From positions 173,896-237,895 of the forward strand of contig JBILLK010000014.1 of the NCBI GenBank assembly GCA_044376115.1: DNA of 64,000 nucleotides, written 5' to 3'. The notes beneath the pieces are model-generated. The model searched no databases and had not been told where the DNA came from. It worked only from the letters and a program-made list of their open reading frames with translations. A program made the translations under genes and the position numbers. This document shows positions 9,260 through 18,704 of the stretch, one piece after another (the stretch's first letter is position 1; the number at the start of each line of letters is the position of its first letter). Origin of the DNA: Polyangiaceae bacterium. Lineage in GTDB: Bacteria; Myxococcota_A; Polyangia; Polyangiales; Polyangiaceae.

Positions 9260-9484
9260 ATGTCGATCTTCGTGTATCTGCTCTCCGCAATCTCCGGCCT
9301 CTATGGACTCGCATGGCTGATCTTCACCTTTGTCCAGCCGCCCTCGTCGGTCTCCTATTACTTCCGGCCGCCGACGTTTCTCTACTTCTTACCGGGTGAA
9401 GCCCCTGCGCGCTTCACCATGGCGCTGATCTTTGGTGGCGTCGTTCCGTTCTTCGCTTCTACCATCGTGGCGATGTTTGCCTAA
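9260..9484 (+). CDS. Small hydrophobic (two-TM) hypothetical protein
   Basis: 74 aa, two hydrophobic stretches, SD-like GAGGGG upstream, fills an otherwise empty gap. Confidence 0.65.
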   Translation: MSIFVYLLSAISGLYGLAWLIFTFVQPPSSVSYYFRPPTFLYFLPGEAPARFTMALIFGGVVPFFASTIVAMFA

Positions 9485-9500
9485 CGTCGTCCTGCGCACG

Positions 9501-11021
9501 TCATTGCCATCGGGCCAAGCGAGACACCGCGAGCGGTGTAGCGACCAGACGCAGTCGAAGTACCTTCTCCTGCTGAAAGATCGCAACCAGGCCCCAGGCA
9601 CTGGCTGGCTCTTCGGACCTAGGCCCAAGCAGCGAGCCAAGATCGACGGCACACAGCAGTAGAACTTGGTCGGGCATCGCGGACTGAAGCTCCCGCGGCA
9701 CTGCGGTTTGCAGCGTGCGCTCCACGGGCTCGAACCCTTGTGAAAGAGCCAGCAGCGGGTCCTGCCCGCCCCCCAACCAAAGCTGCGAGCCCTCCACTCG
9801 AAGCGCGATCGCACCCTCGAGGCCCTTCATTGAGGAGCGCAGCCGATAACAGTCGCCAATGCGATTGAGCACGATCTTTTCGAGGGCGACTTCCGGAGGG
9901 GACTCGAGCAAAGCTTGCGCTTTGAAGGTCCGCTCAAGCTCGCTGGTCAAGCCGCTGGGGCGTTCGAGAGCGAAGTTGGCAAGCGCAAGTCGGCCGGTCC
10001 GACCAATCGATACCGACAGCTTGGCCACCCCGCCCTTGATTCGTTGCAGGGCGTCGACGAGGGGTCGGAGCTCGGCCGGGAGCAGCGCCAGAGCAGCTTC
10101 CGACGCGAGCGGCCCACCTTGGGCATCACCGAGCACCAGGGATACAGCTGGTCCCGCCGGCATCTCGAACAACGCTTGTTTGGCAATCGGACTCAGTGAG
10201 CCGAGCGACGCGCCCTCCGCAAGCACGAGGTCCAGCGCAAGCAGCTCGCGTGAGATGCGGCAGAACATTGAGAGCTCCGCCTCAGGTCGTGGCGCCAGCA
10301 ACGGCTGCAAGCTGGCGCTCACGACCTCTCGAAGCAGCAACGGCGCGGCAGGCGCTGCACCCAGGCGCGCGCTGACTTCACGAAGCACAGCCGCAGCGAG
10401 GACACGAGCACGCAACGGCGCATCATCGCGATCGTCGACAGCTTGAAGAACGCTGAACGAGGCGGCCTCCGGCGTCGCGAGGTGGAGGGCGTATTGCTCG
10501 AGCCCTTCACGCGAACGCGCTGCCACGAGCGCGTTACGCACGACGCAGAGTTCAGCAACGCCCGCGCCGGTGAGCAGCTCCAAGAAATCGATGGGCCCCT
10601 TTGTCACGCGGCGGAAACGGGCGCCGAGCCCCGCTGTCGCCAGCGCCAAGAGTTCGTCTGCATTGCGCAACGGAATGGCGATCAAACGCTCGCCTGCAGA
10701 CGCCGACAGCAGACGAATCGGCGCCGCCTCATCGACGGTCTGCGCCGCTTGCAGCGGCAATCCCAAGAGCGCAACCGCCGTCCCAGCCCAGGAATGCGAC
10801 GCCACAAAGCCGGTGTCGTAGTGATCCTTCAGCAGCTCATGCAGCGCGACCAACTGGCCGAAGGTCGCGACAGCCTCAACGCCGGGCGGCCGCTCGACAG
10901 CCGACGGTGGAACGACAGTAGAGGCAGCAGATCCTGAGACCGGAACGGGAGTGCCGCGATCGCCACAGGCCGAGAGCGTGAGCCACGCGGCGCCATGTGC
11001 GAGCCAGATTCTTCGTTGCAC
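9501..11021 (-). CDS. Hypothetical lipoprotein, possibly Tat-exported
   Basis: From GTG 11021: QRRIWLAHGAAWLTLSAC (twin-Arg plus lipobox); long ORF with no recognisable domain; start uncertain. Confidence 0.65.
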   Translation of the reverse strand: MQRRIWLAHGAAWLTLSACGDRGTPVPVSGSAASTVVPPSAVERPPGVEAVATFGQLVALHELLKDHYDTGFVASHSWAGTAVALLGLPLQAAQTVDEAAPIRLLSASAGERLIAIPLRNADELLALATAGLGARFRRVTKGPIDFLELLTGAGVAELCVVRNALVAARSREGLEQYALHLATPEAASFSVLQAVDDRDDAPLRARVLAAAVLREVSARLGAAPAAPLLLREVVSASLQPLLAPRPEAELSMFCRISRELLALDLVLAEGASLGSLSPIAKQALFEMPAGPAVSLVLGDAQGGPLASEAALALLPAELRPLVDALQRIKGGVAKLSVSIGRTGRLALANFALERPSGLTSELERTFKAQALLESPPEVALEKIVLNRIGDCYRLRSSMKGLEGAIALRVEGSQLWLGGGQDPLLALSQGFEPVERTLQTAVPRELQSAMPDQVLLLCAVDLGSLLGPRSEEPASAWGLVAIFQQEKVLRLRLVATPLAVSRLARWQ

Positions 11022-11132
11022 GTTGGGAGTTGAGTCAGAAGCCAAGCTCCGCGCAAGTGAGAAGGGCCAGTCGCGCGGGATTCTTCCTGGCAAGCGCTGG
11101 ACTCGCCCAAAGCTTCGACATAAAGCCGGGCG

Positions 11133-12461
11133 ATGGTGTGTCGACTGCGACTTGCGTTGAGTTTTCTTCTCTCAGCAGGCTGCGGCTCCGCTTCCCATTC
11201 TGTCGTCACACCCGCACCTTCCGCAGCCTCTTCTACGCCACCGCAGTTGAGCGCCGCCCCTGTCGCGCAAGAGCCCGAGGCCAAAGCCCTGGCGGCCGAG
11301 CCCGCCGCCGTGCCCGCGTTCGTTACGAGCAACTCCCAGCTGCAGCACTTCCAAAAGTCGCTCTACGATCTTTCGATTGGGAAGCGCAAAACGCCCAGCC
11401 GCATCCTTTGGCTTGGAGATTCCCACGGCCAAGCGGACTTCTGGTCCGGACGCGTGCGCAGACTTTTGGGCGATGCGTTCGGCGACGGTGGGCCGGGCTT
11501 TCTGCATCTTGGCTACAAGAACTACCGGCACGACGACGTGCGCTTCGAGATCGAGGGGAAGTGGCGGATGCGCCCAAAGAAACCCGTCGGGGTCAAACGA
11601 CAGGCCGACGGTGTCTTTGGACTCGGCGGGTTGATGATGGGCGGTTACAAGGATTCACCACGCGTCGATCTCAAGTTGGGTGCGCGCTGGCGGCCTCAAG
11701 CGGTGTCCTTCGATCTTTGCTACCGGCTGCACGACGCTGCGGATCGCGTTGAGGTACAAGACCTCGCGACGCCAAACTCGAAGCCGCTGACCGTACCGAA
11801 GGGCAAGAGCGAAACGGTGCTCCACCACACGTGGCGAACGAACGTTGATTGGACGCTGCAGGATGGCGTGAAAGAGCCAGCGCTACTTCGCGTGACGCCG
11901 TTCGGCAAAGCCGAACTCTGCGGGCTCGTCGTTGAAGCCGTGGACGAAGCGAAGCCGGGCATCGTGCTCGATACGCTTGCCATCAACGGAGCCCGCTACG
12001 GGACGATGCTGGCTTGGGATGAGGCGGCCTGGGTGAACGAGGCTGCGCGGCGCGAGCCGCAGTTGGTGATTCTCGAACTTGGTACCAACGAGGCGGGCGA
12101 CCTCAATCCGCCGGTGACCAAGATCGAAAAGCAGGTGTCCGAACTCGTCGCGCGTGTGCGCAAGGCCAACCCAGAGGTCGATTGTCTCGTGGTATCGCCA
12201 ACCGATCGGGCCGACGCGGAAGAGGGCGTCGCCCAAGTGCGCGAGGCCACCCGCAAAGGTGCTGAGGCCGCTGGCTGCGCCTACCTAGACGTGTGGACGC
12301 TGTTGGGCGGGAAAGGCGCATTTTCTCGACTGCGTGAGGAGCAGACGCCCAAGGTCCAAAAGGACGGGATCCACCTAACGATTCGTGGCTACCAAGAGCT
12401 GGGCCCACCGATGGTCGAGGAACTGTTGCGAGGCTTTGAGCCCGTGCGCGCAAAGCCATGA
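11133..12461 (+). CDS. SGNH/GDSL hydrolase-family lipoprotein (PatB/Ape-like)
   Basis: Lipobox SAGC; GDSH, INGAR, LGTNE and DGIHL blocks. Confidence 0.88.
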   Translation: MVCRLRLALSFLLSAGCGSASHSVVTPAPSAASSTPPQLSAAPVAQEPEAKALAAEPAAVPAFVTSNSQLQHFQKSLYDLSIGKRKTPSRILWLGDSHGQADFWSGRVRRLLGDAFGDGGPGFLHLGYKNYRHDDVRFEIEGKWRMRPKKPVGVKRQADGVFGLGGLMMGGYKDSPRVDLKLGARWRPQAVSFDLCYRLHDAADRVEVQDLATPNSKPLTVPKGKSETVLHHTWRTNVDWTLQDGVKEPALLRVTPFGKAELCGLVVEAVDEAKPGIVLDTLAINGARYGTMLAWDEAAWVNEAARREPQLVILELGTNEAGDLNPPVTKIEKQVSELVARVRKANPEVDCLVVSPTDRADAEEGVAQVREATRKGAEAAGCAYLDVWTLLGGKGAFSRLREEQTPKVQKDGIHLTIRGYQELGPPMVEELLRGFEPVRAKP

Positions 12462-13408
12462 CGGCCTACCGCAGCGACCGTGACGCCAAGCTGGCGCGTT
12501 TCAATAGCGTCTTTAGCCAGATCGAAGATCTCGAGAGACGCTTCAAACTGCTCACAGCGCTCGAGATCGCTCACGCACGTGCGCCACACGAGCTCGCGAG
12601 CTGGACGCAACTTCGAGAGCGCGTGATTGAGCAGCACGAGCACCTCAGCAGCCTCTCAGAGCCGGAGCTGGAGACCGCACTCAACGACGCCGAAGCTTTG
12701 TTGGCGCATTGGCAAGTGCTCTCGGCCAACGCCGATCAGCTCGAAGCGGCTGTAACCGTTCCAGCCCCCGAGGCCCCTGCCCCACCAAGGATCCTTAGCG
12801 GGCTGTTGGGTCCGATCGCTGTGCCGCTCGATCTCGAAGGAGGCGTTTTTCGCGAAGCGCGCGAGCTACCCAAGCAGGTGGGCGCAGCGCTCCGCCTGGC
12901 TGGCTGTGAAGACGTTGCGTTTGACTGGGAGGTTGAACCTACATTCGGCGCACTACCGTGGGTGTGTCGCGCACAAACAAGGCTGCGCAACACGCCCATT
13001 GCCTGCTTGTTCGAGGTCACGCTCGAGATGGGCGCAACCATCGCCATGACCTCGCTTTCGACCGCCGTCCCAGCCGCCGCGCCACCGCTCTTGGTGTTGA
13101 GCCGCGGCGCTTGGAAAAAGCGCTTGTTCGCCAATCGTTCGCGCTTCGGTGTTGAGCAAAGGACCGGCGATGAAGACTTCGACGCGTCCTACGCGTTGCG
13201 CACGAAGGGTGATGCGCCACTGGACGTGCAGGGGCGAAAGGCGCTGATGGAGCTATTGCCGGCCCGCAACCCGAGCCTCATGGTCGACAACGGAGCTGCA
13301 CTCATCCGCTGGCAATACGGGCCCGAGAAACCGCTCTTGTGCGCCTCGATCGAGCTTCTCGAACTGCTGCGAGAGCGTCCCACCGGCTTTCGCCTGCGCG
13401 CCGAGTGA
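12458..13408 (+). CDS. Hypothetical protein
   Basis: 316-aa ORF with ATGA overlap to the upstream gene; helical N-terminus, TGDEDFDASY motif near the C-terminus. Confidence 0.7.
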   Translation: MTAYRSDRDAKLARFNSVFSQIEDLERRFKLLTALEIAHARAPHELASWTQLRERVIEQHEHLSSLSEPELETALNDAEALLAHWQVLSANADQLEAAVTVPAPEAPAPPRILSGLLGPIAVPLDLEGGVFREARELPKQVGAALRLAGCEDVAFDWEVEPTFGALPWVCRAQTRLRNTPIACLFEVTLEMGATIAMTSLSTAVPAAAPPLLVLSRGAWKKRLFANRSRFGVEQRTGDEDFDASYALRTKGDAPLDVQGRKALMELLPARNPSLMVDNGAALIRWQYGPEKPLLCASIELLELLRERPTGFRLRAE

Positions 13409-13440
13409 GCGCTGCGACGAGCTAGGAACCATGGAAAGCG

Positions 13441-13476
13441 AAAACCCCACTTCTCCGAAAGGAGAAGCGGGGTTTC
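13441..13476 (-). terminator. Intrinsic terminator downstream of rplI
   Basis: Minus strand AAACCCCGCTTCTCC-TTTC-GGAGAAGTGGGGTTTT hairpin followed by a T-rich tail. Confidence 0.85.
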
Positions 13477-13495
13477 AACGCTGGGAGCGTTCAGC

Positions 13496-13951
13496 TCAGG
13501 CCTTGGCAGCAACGTCGACCTTGATGGTCGCCGTAACCGTGGGCGCGAGACGGATCTGAACTTCGTGCGTCCCGAGCGCCTTGAGCGGCTCGCTGAGGAT
13601 GCGACGACGGTCAACGACGAAGCCAGCTTGCGAAAGGGCCTCCTCGATGTCGCGATGGGTGACAGAGCCGTACAGCTTGTCGCCCTCGCCGACCTGACGG
13701 GTGACCGTCAGCTTGACCTGAGAGAGCTTCTCGGCGAGCGTCTTGGCCTCGGCGAGAACCTTCTGAGCCTTTGCTTCGGCTACCTTCTTTTGGTGCTCGA
13801 TGCGCTTGATGTTGCCCTCGGTCGCACCGATGGCGAGACCGCGCGGCACCAAGTAGTTACGAGCGAAGCCCGGACGAACTTTGACGAGCTCGCCGCCTTT
13901 GCCGACGTTGGCCAGATCTTGAGTAAGGACGACGTGAATATGCGAAGCCAT
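13496..13951 (-). CDS. rplI: 50S ribosomal protein L9
   Basis: GELVKVRPGFARNYLVPRG and KLYGSVT motifs. Confidence 0.98.
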   Translation of the reverse strand: MASHIHVVLTQDLANVGKGGELVKVRPGFARNYLVPRGLAIGATEGNIKRIEHQKKVAEAKAQKVLAEAKTLAEKLSQVKLTVTRQVGEGDKLYGSVTHRDIEEALSQAGFVVDRRRILSEPLKALGTHEVQIRLAPTVTATIKVDVAAKA

Positions 13952-13963
13952 GTCTCGCCTCCG

Positions 13964-14275
13964 TCAGGCCCCTACCGTAAACGGTAGAAGAGCGATGTTA
14001 CGGGCGCGCTTGATCGACAGAGTGACCTTGCGCTGGTGAAGGGCGCAGTTGCCGCTGATGCGGCGCGGAACCACTTTGCCTCGCTCGGAGACGAAGTACT
14101 TCAGCGACTGCGGGTCTTTGTAATCGATGACGAGGGCCTTGTCGGCGCAGAAGCGGCAAACGCGCTTGCGACCGAGACGGCGACGTCCGGGGGCATCCGA
14201 GTTGAGGTCCGGCGTGCGACCGAACTCACGGTCGTCGTCGAATGCTCCTTTGTACTCCTGAATGTCACGGCTCAT
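13964..14275 (-). CDS. rpsR: 30S ribosomal protein S18 (Zn-ribbon type, N-terminal extension)
   Basis: [38 protein letters not shown]. Confidence 0.98.
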   Translation of the reverse strand: MSRDIQEYKGAFDDDREFGRTPDLNSDAPGRRRLGRKRVCRFCADKALVIDYKDPQSLKYFVSERGKVVPRRISGNCALHQRKVTLSIKRARNIALLPFTVGA

Positions 14276-14277
14276 GT

Positions 14278-14796
14278 TCAGGCTCCTTCCTCTTCACCAA
14301 GTTCGAGCTCGCCTTCGGGCTCTTCAACGTAGTCACCCTCCGGACGCGGTGCGCGCTCCGGCTCAATCAGGCCAAGCTGACGCTCGCGAGAATCTTCACG
14401 ATCCTCCTCGAGGGGCGGAAGCTCAACGCGCTCGAACTTCACCTCTTCAGCGTTGACGGCGACAGCAGCCACCTCAACGTCATTCGCGGTGAGTACCGTC
14501 TGGTACTTGAGCACGCCGTCACTGAGACGAAGGCTGCGCTCAACCTCGGAAACGACGCGGCCGTCTCCCAGGTACTTGAGGTACACGTACACACCACGCT
14601 TGTGCTTGGCGATGTCGTACGCGAGGCGACGACGACCCCAGAGCTCAACCTTGGTGAGGGTGCCCTTCTCTTTTTGAACGACCTCTTGAACGCGCAGACC
14701 GAGCTTCTCAGCGGCTTCGCCGTCGATGTCGGGACGCAGGATGTAGATCGTTTCGTACTCTCGGGCCCTACCGGGCGCCGTAACCATTCGACTCAT
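14278..14796 (-). CDS. rpsF: 30S ribosomal protein S6 with acidic C-terminal tail
   Basis: [30 protein letters not shown] before ATG 14796. Confidence 0.97.
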   Translation of the reverse strand: MSRMVTAPGRAREYETIYILRPDIDGEAAEKLGLRVQEVVQKEKGTLTKVELWGRRRLAYDIAKHKRGVYVYLKYLGDGRVVSEVERSLRLSDGVLKYQTVLTANDVEVAAVAVNAEEVKFERVELPPLEEDREDSRERQLGLIEPERAPRPEGDYVEEPEGELELGEEEGA

Positions 14797-14854
14797 GGGA
14801 TTCCCCTTGGACAAGGCCCCTCGGGCGAACCGAGGAGCGAGGAGGAACTCTCGA

Positions 14855-15445
14855 CTAGGCCTGCGACTTTGACGAAGGCTTCGTGTTGAGTTTGTTCATT
14901 GCGGGGGTCACCCCGCGGGCGAGGACCTCTAGCACAGAAGCCCGCGCGCGAGACAAGACATCACTCAACGCAATTCGTTCATCCATCGAAAAACCGGACA
15001 GGACGAAGTCAGCGACGTCGCCTCGAAAGCCGGCGGGCGGTCGACCGATACCCATGCGCAGTCTCACGAACTCTGGCGAGCCCAGCGACTGAATGATCGA
15101 ACGCAGGCCGTTGTGACCCGCATGACCGCCACCAACCTTCAGCCGAAGCTCGGCGAACGGCACATCTAGCTCGTCGTGAATCACCATCACGTTGCTAACC
15201 GGGACCTTCAGAAACGCCGCGGCTGGCTGCACCGATTGCCCCGAGCGGTTCATGAAGGTCTGCGGCTTGAGCAGCAGGATCTCCTCGGCACCAGCGCGAG
15301 CTTTCGCGATCTCGCCCGAGAACTTCGCTCGGAAAGGGTCAGCGCCTAACTCGCGCGCAAGCTCATCCACGAGCATGAAGCCCACGTTGTGCCGATGCGA
15401 AGCGTACTCCGCGCCCGGATTGCCCAAACCAACGATCAACCACAT
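14855..15445 (-). CDS. pth: Peptidyl-tRNA hydrolase
   Basis: LIVGLGNPG, RHNVGF, KPQTFMN, HDELD and GGHAGHNGLRS motifs. Confidence 0.98.
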   Translation of the reverse strand: MWLIVGLGNPGAEYASHRHNVGFMLVDELARELGADPFRAKFSGEIAKARAGAEEILLLKPQTFMNRSGQSVQPAAAFLKVPVSNVMVIHDELDVPFAELRLKVGGGHAGHNGLRSIIQSLGSPEFVRLRMGIGRPPAGFRGDVADFVLSGFSMDERIALSDVLSRARASVLEVLARGVTPAMNKLNTKPSSKSQA

Positions 15446-15544
15446 AGGCCAGCCACAAACGAGATGGACTCACCCCACCGAAGTGAGGCGAGCCCAACGC
15501 GAAGAAAGCGCGCTCTCGGCTTTTCAGCCCGGCGCAAACCCAAA

Positions 15545-16204
15545 CTACTTCTTCTTGGCGGCAGCAGGCTTCGCAGCGGCAGCCGGAGCAGCCTTGGCGT
15601 CTTTGCCTGCCGGAGCAGCAGCGGCCTTGGCCTCTTCCTCGGTGGCCTTCTCGGGAGCAACGACGGAAGCAACCGTCTGCTCGGCGGGCAGGCGAACGCT
15701 GACGCCCTCCGGCAAGTTCAACTGGTGAACCTTGGTGGAGTCACCGAGACCGAGCTCCGTCACGTCGAGCTCGATGTGGGTCGGAATTTTGCCGGGGAGG
15801 CTGCGGATCGGCAGCACGCGGAAAACCTGCTGCAACAAGCCGCCGACGACGATGCCCTTGGCTTTGCCGATCAGCTTGAACGGCACGGACACGTCCACCG
15901 GCTCGTTCATGTCGACCTGGAGGAAGTCAACGTGCACGTAGGCGCGAGACACGGGGTGGTGCGCGTAATCGCGAACCATGGCCATGATGCGCTCGCCGTC
16001 TTTGACGTCGAGTTCGAGCACGTTGTTGGTACCGTGGGCACCGGTGATAGCGACGCGCAGCGCCTTGGGATCAACCGCCAGCGCGGTAGCGGCGAGCTTC
16101 TTGCCGTAGGCGATCGCCGGGATCTTCCCGTCAACGCGCAAACGACGCGAAGGGCCTTTGCCTTGGTTGACGCGCTTCTCTGCTGCGAGCTTCACAATTT
16201 CCAT
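15545..16204 (-). CDS. rplY: 50S ribosomal protein L25/Ctc
   Basis: GKGPSRRLR, IPAIAYG and HVDF motifs plus the CTC C-terminal domain; adjacent to pth. Confidence 0.97.
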   Translation of the reverse strand: MEIVKLAAEKRVNQGKGPSRRLRVDGKIPAIAYGKKLAATALAVDPKALRVAITGAHGTNNVLELDVKDGERIMAMVRDYAHHPVSRAYVHVDFLQVDMNEPVDVSVPFKLIGKAKGIVVGGLLQQVFRVLPIRSLPGKIPTHIELDVTELGLGDSTKVHQLNLPEGVSVRLPAEQTVASVVAPEKATEEEAKAAAAPAGKDAKAAPAAAAKPAAAKKK

Positions 16205-16342
16205 GGTGCAATCTCCGAACGATCCAAAAACGGGTGGGCTTCCTAGCAGAGCTTTGCGGACTCGTACAGAAGATAGTCGGCTCGGCTTGGGGGCACCCCT
16301 TCGCCGAGGTTGACTTCAAGTCCGTCTTAATGGTCAAAGTTT

Positions 16343-16358
16343 GATCCATGCATGGATC
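16343..16358. promoter_or_regulatory. Perfect 16-bp palindrome, candidate operator
   Basis: GATCCATGCATGGATC in the AT-richer divergent intergenic region. Confidence 0.4.
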
Positions 16359-16481
16359 GACCGACCGTCAATCAATGGTTGGATTGAGCTGAATCGCTTC
16401 AGCTGCCTTGCAAAAAGCCCGTGAGAACAGCTGTGAACGGTATGCACCCGTCTTCGGCATGCTGTGTGCCAGGGGGGGAGC

Positions 16482-17525
16482 ATGGGCAACATGGGCAACG
16501 CGCAGCGGTTCATTGGTTTGATCTCTCTGACGCTTCTGGGTGCGGCCTACGCGGGCTGCGTAAATGGCTCGGACCTCGACGGAAGCGGGGGCAGTGATGG
16601 AGAGAATCGACCTAACAGCGGCTCGGCGGGAGAATCCAGCTCGTCCAGCGGGGACTCGAGTTCGAGCGGCGAGGCAGGATCGAGTTCGAGCGGTGGTCCC
16701 GCGACGTGCGACGATCCCGCAACGCCCTGTTTTGATCAGGCCTGCTTGGACATGGGCAAGCCGTTCATCCCGGCCGACGTGTTTCCGCCTTGCCCGACCG
16801 ACATTTGCTCGAGTGGCGGCCACTGCGTGGCCAACGGCAACGTTCCTGGTAGCCAAGCGGACCTTCTCGCTGCCTGCGACGCCGACAATAAGTGCGTGCC
16901 CGATCGCTTGATCGAGACCAAAGGCAGCCCTGAGCCCATCGTTTGCGAGTCGTTGTTCGGTGCCGAAGGCCGCTGCCTTTCCGAGTGCATCCCGCAAGTA
17001 AAAGAGCAGGGCATCACCAACGGCTTACCCACCGCTGGCTGCGACGCCGGCCACTTCTGCGTTCCTTGCTACAGTCCCATCGACGGCTCCGACACCGGCG
17101 CCTGCACGCTGGGCAACCCTGGTTGTGACGCACCGCAAGAGCCTCCCGCCGCGTTCAAGGAATGTTGCGCCGACAAGGGCGGCGGCAAATGCATCCCGCT
17201 TTCGATCGTTGGAGCAGCCGCAGACCAGCTCGACAAGGAGGAGTGCGCAAGCTTGGGTCAGCCTGATTCCGCTTGCGTGCCCAACGTCATCTTCGACGCG
17301 CAACAAGCGGGTGCAACGCAGATCATCTGGCCCAGCTGCACCACCGGTGGATTCATCGGCGGCGGCGCAGAGGGCGTTTGCGTCCCCAAGTGCGTCCCGT
17401 CTGCTGACTCGTTCCTCGTGAGCCAAGGGGACTGCAGCGAAGACTACGAGAACTGTGCGCCGTGCGAGATGGAGGTGTTGGGCTTTCCGATCGACACCGG
17501 CGCGTGCGAGCCCGTCAACCTCTAG
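16482..17525 (+). CDS. Cys-rich lipoprotein with two-fold internal repeat
   Basis: SD GGGGAG, lipobox YAGC, Gly/Ser linker, about 28 further Cys, repeated GAEGxC...CxPC...DTGAC module. Confidence 0.85.
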   Translation: MGNMGNAQRFIGLISLTLLGAAYAGCVNGSDLDGSGGSDGENRPNSGSAGESSSSSGDSSSSGEAGSSSSGGPATCDDPATPCFDQACLDMGKPFIPADVFPPCPTDICSSGGHCVANGNVPGSQADLLAACDADNKCVPDRLIETKGSPEPIVCESLFGAEGRCLSECIPQVKEQGITNGLPTAGCDAGHFCVPCYSPIDGSDTGACTLGNPGCDAPQEPPAAFKECCADKGGGKCIPLSIVGAAADQLDKEECASLGQPDSACVPNVIFDAQQAGATQIIWPSCTTGGFIGGGAEGVCVPKCVPSADSFLVSQGDCSEDYENCAPCEMEVLGFPIDTGACEPVNL

Positions 17526-17541
17526 TCCGCTGTACTGAAGA

Positions 17542-17565
17542 GCGCCGCACGTACGAACGCGGCGC
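17542..17565. terminator. Hairpin between convergent genes (possible terminator)
   Basis: GCGCCGC...GCGGCGC stem; weak T tail. Confidence 0.4.
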
Positions 17566-17572
17566 CTCCACC

Positions 17573-18520
17573 TCAAACGAACAGCGAACTGACCGAGTCG
17601 GAGTTGTGAATCCGGCGAATGGCCTCGGCCATCAGCCGAGCAATGCTGACGACCTTGAACTTGCCGCTCGCCTTGGCCTCCTCCGACTGAGCGATCGAGT
17701 TGGTGATGATCACCTCGGACAGTGGCGAATCAATGATGCGTTTGACGGCGGGCCCGGAGAGCACAGCATGCGTTGCACAGGCTGCGACCTCCTTCGCGCC
17801 AGCCTTCATCAGCGCTTGCGCGGCATTCACCAGCGTACCGGCCGTGTCGATCATGTCGTCCAGGATCAGGCAACGGCGGCCCTCGACGTCACCGATGATG
17901 TGCATCACCTCGCTGACGTTGGCCTTCTCGCGGCGCTTGTCGATGATAGCCAGAGCACCGTGCAGCCGCTTCGAGTAGGCGCGCGCCCGCTCGACACCGC
18001 CCGCATCCGGGGAGACCACCACGACGTCATTGGCCGAGTAGTTGGCTTTCAGATGTTGGTCCAAAAGTGCCGGCATGGCGAACAAGTGATCAAACGGAAT
18101 GTTGAAGAAGCCCTGGATCTGGGCTGCATGGAGGTCCAACGCGACGATGCGATTGACGCCGGCAGCGACAATCAGATCCGCCACGAGCTTCGACGTGATG
18201 GGCGTGCGGGGCGCGACCTTGCGATCTTGCCGGGCGTAGCCGTAGTAGGGGATCACCGCCGTGATCGACCCTGCCGACGCCCGCCGCAGAGCGTCCACCA
18301 TGATCAGCAGTTCCATCACATGGTCGTTGACCGGAGCGCTCGTCGACTGAACCACATAGGTGTCGACGCCGCGAACGTTCTCCTGAATTTCACAGAAGGT
18401 CTCCCCGTCACTAAAACGCGACACCTTCGCCTTGCCTACAGGCAACTCGAGATGCTGGCAGATCTCCGACGAGAGTTGGGGATTCGCGTTGCCGGAGAAG
18501 ATGCTGACCCGCTTAAACAT
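17573..18520 (-). CDS. prs: Ribose-phosphate pyrophosphokinase
   Basis: [34 protein letters not shown] and DDMIDTAGT motifs. Confidence 0.98.
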   Translation of the reverse strand: MFKRVSIFSGNANPQLSSEICQHLELPVGKAKVSRFSDGETFCEIQENVRGVDTYVVQSTSAPVNDHVMELLIMVDALRRASAGSITAVIPYYGYARQDRKVAPRTPITSKLVADLIVAAGVNRIVALDLHAAQIQGFFNIPFDHLFAMPALLDQHLKANYSANDVVVVSPDAGGVERARAYSKRLHGALAIIDKRREKANVSEVMHIIGDVEGRRCLILDDMIDTAGTLVNAAQALMKAGAKEVAACATHAVLSGPAVKRIIDSPLSEVIITNSIAQSEEAKASGKFKVVSIARLMAEAIRRIHNSDSVSSLFV

Positions 18521-18704
18521 GCCGCACCTCGAAAGACTGCGGGGCGCGTACCAGCCGCAGTGAGCGCCGTCAAGCGGCGTCTACGACACGTTCACTCGAA
18601 CGGCGCCGCACACGGGACGGTCCCGCGACCGATTGAGCGAAACACTCGCGGAGATTGAGCAAGCTTGCACCGAGTCGACAGATGGGTGAACGAAGCAGCT
18701 CGCC

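Noticed and set aside
9479..9500. GCCTAAC at the stop of the small ORF, resembling an integron attC inverse core site
   Set aside because: No matching GTTRRRY or attC stem downstream and no integrase in the window
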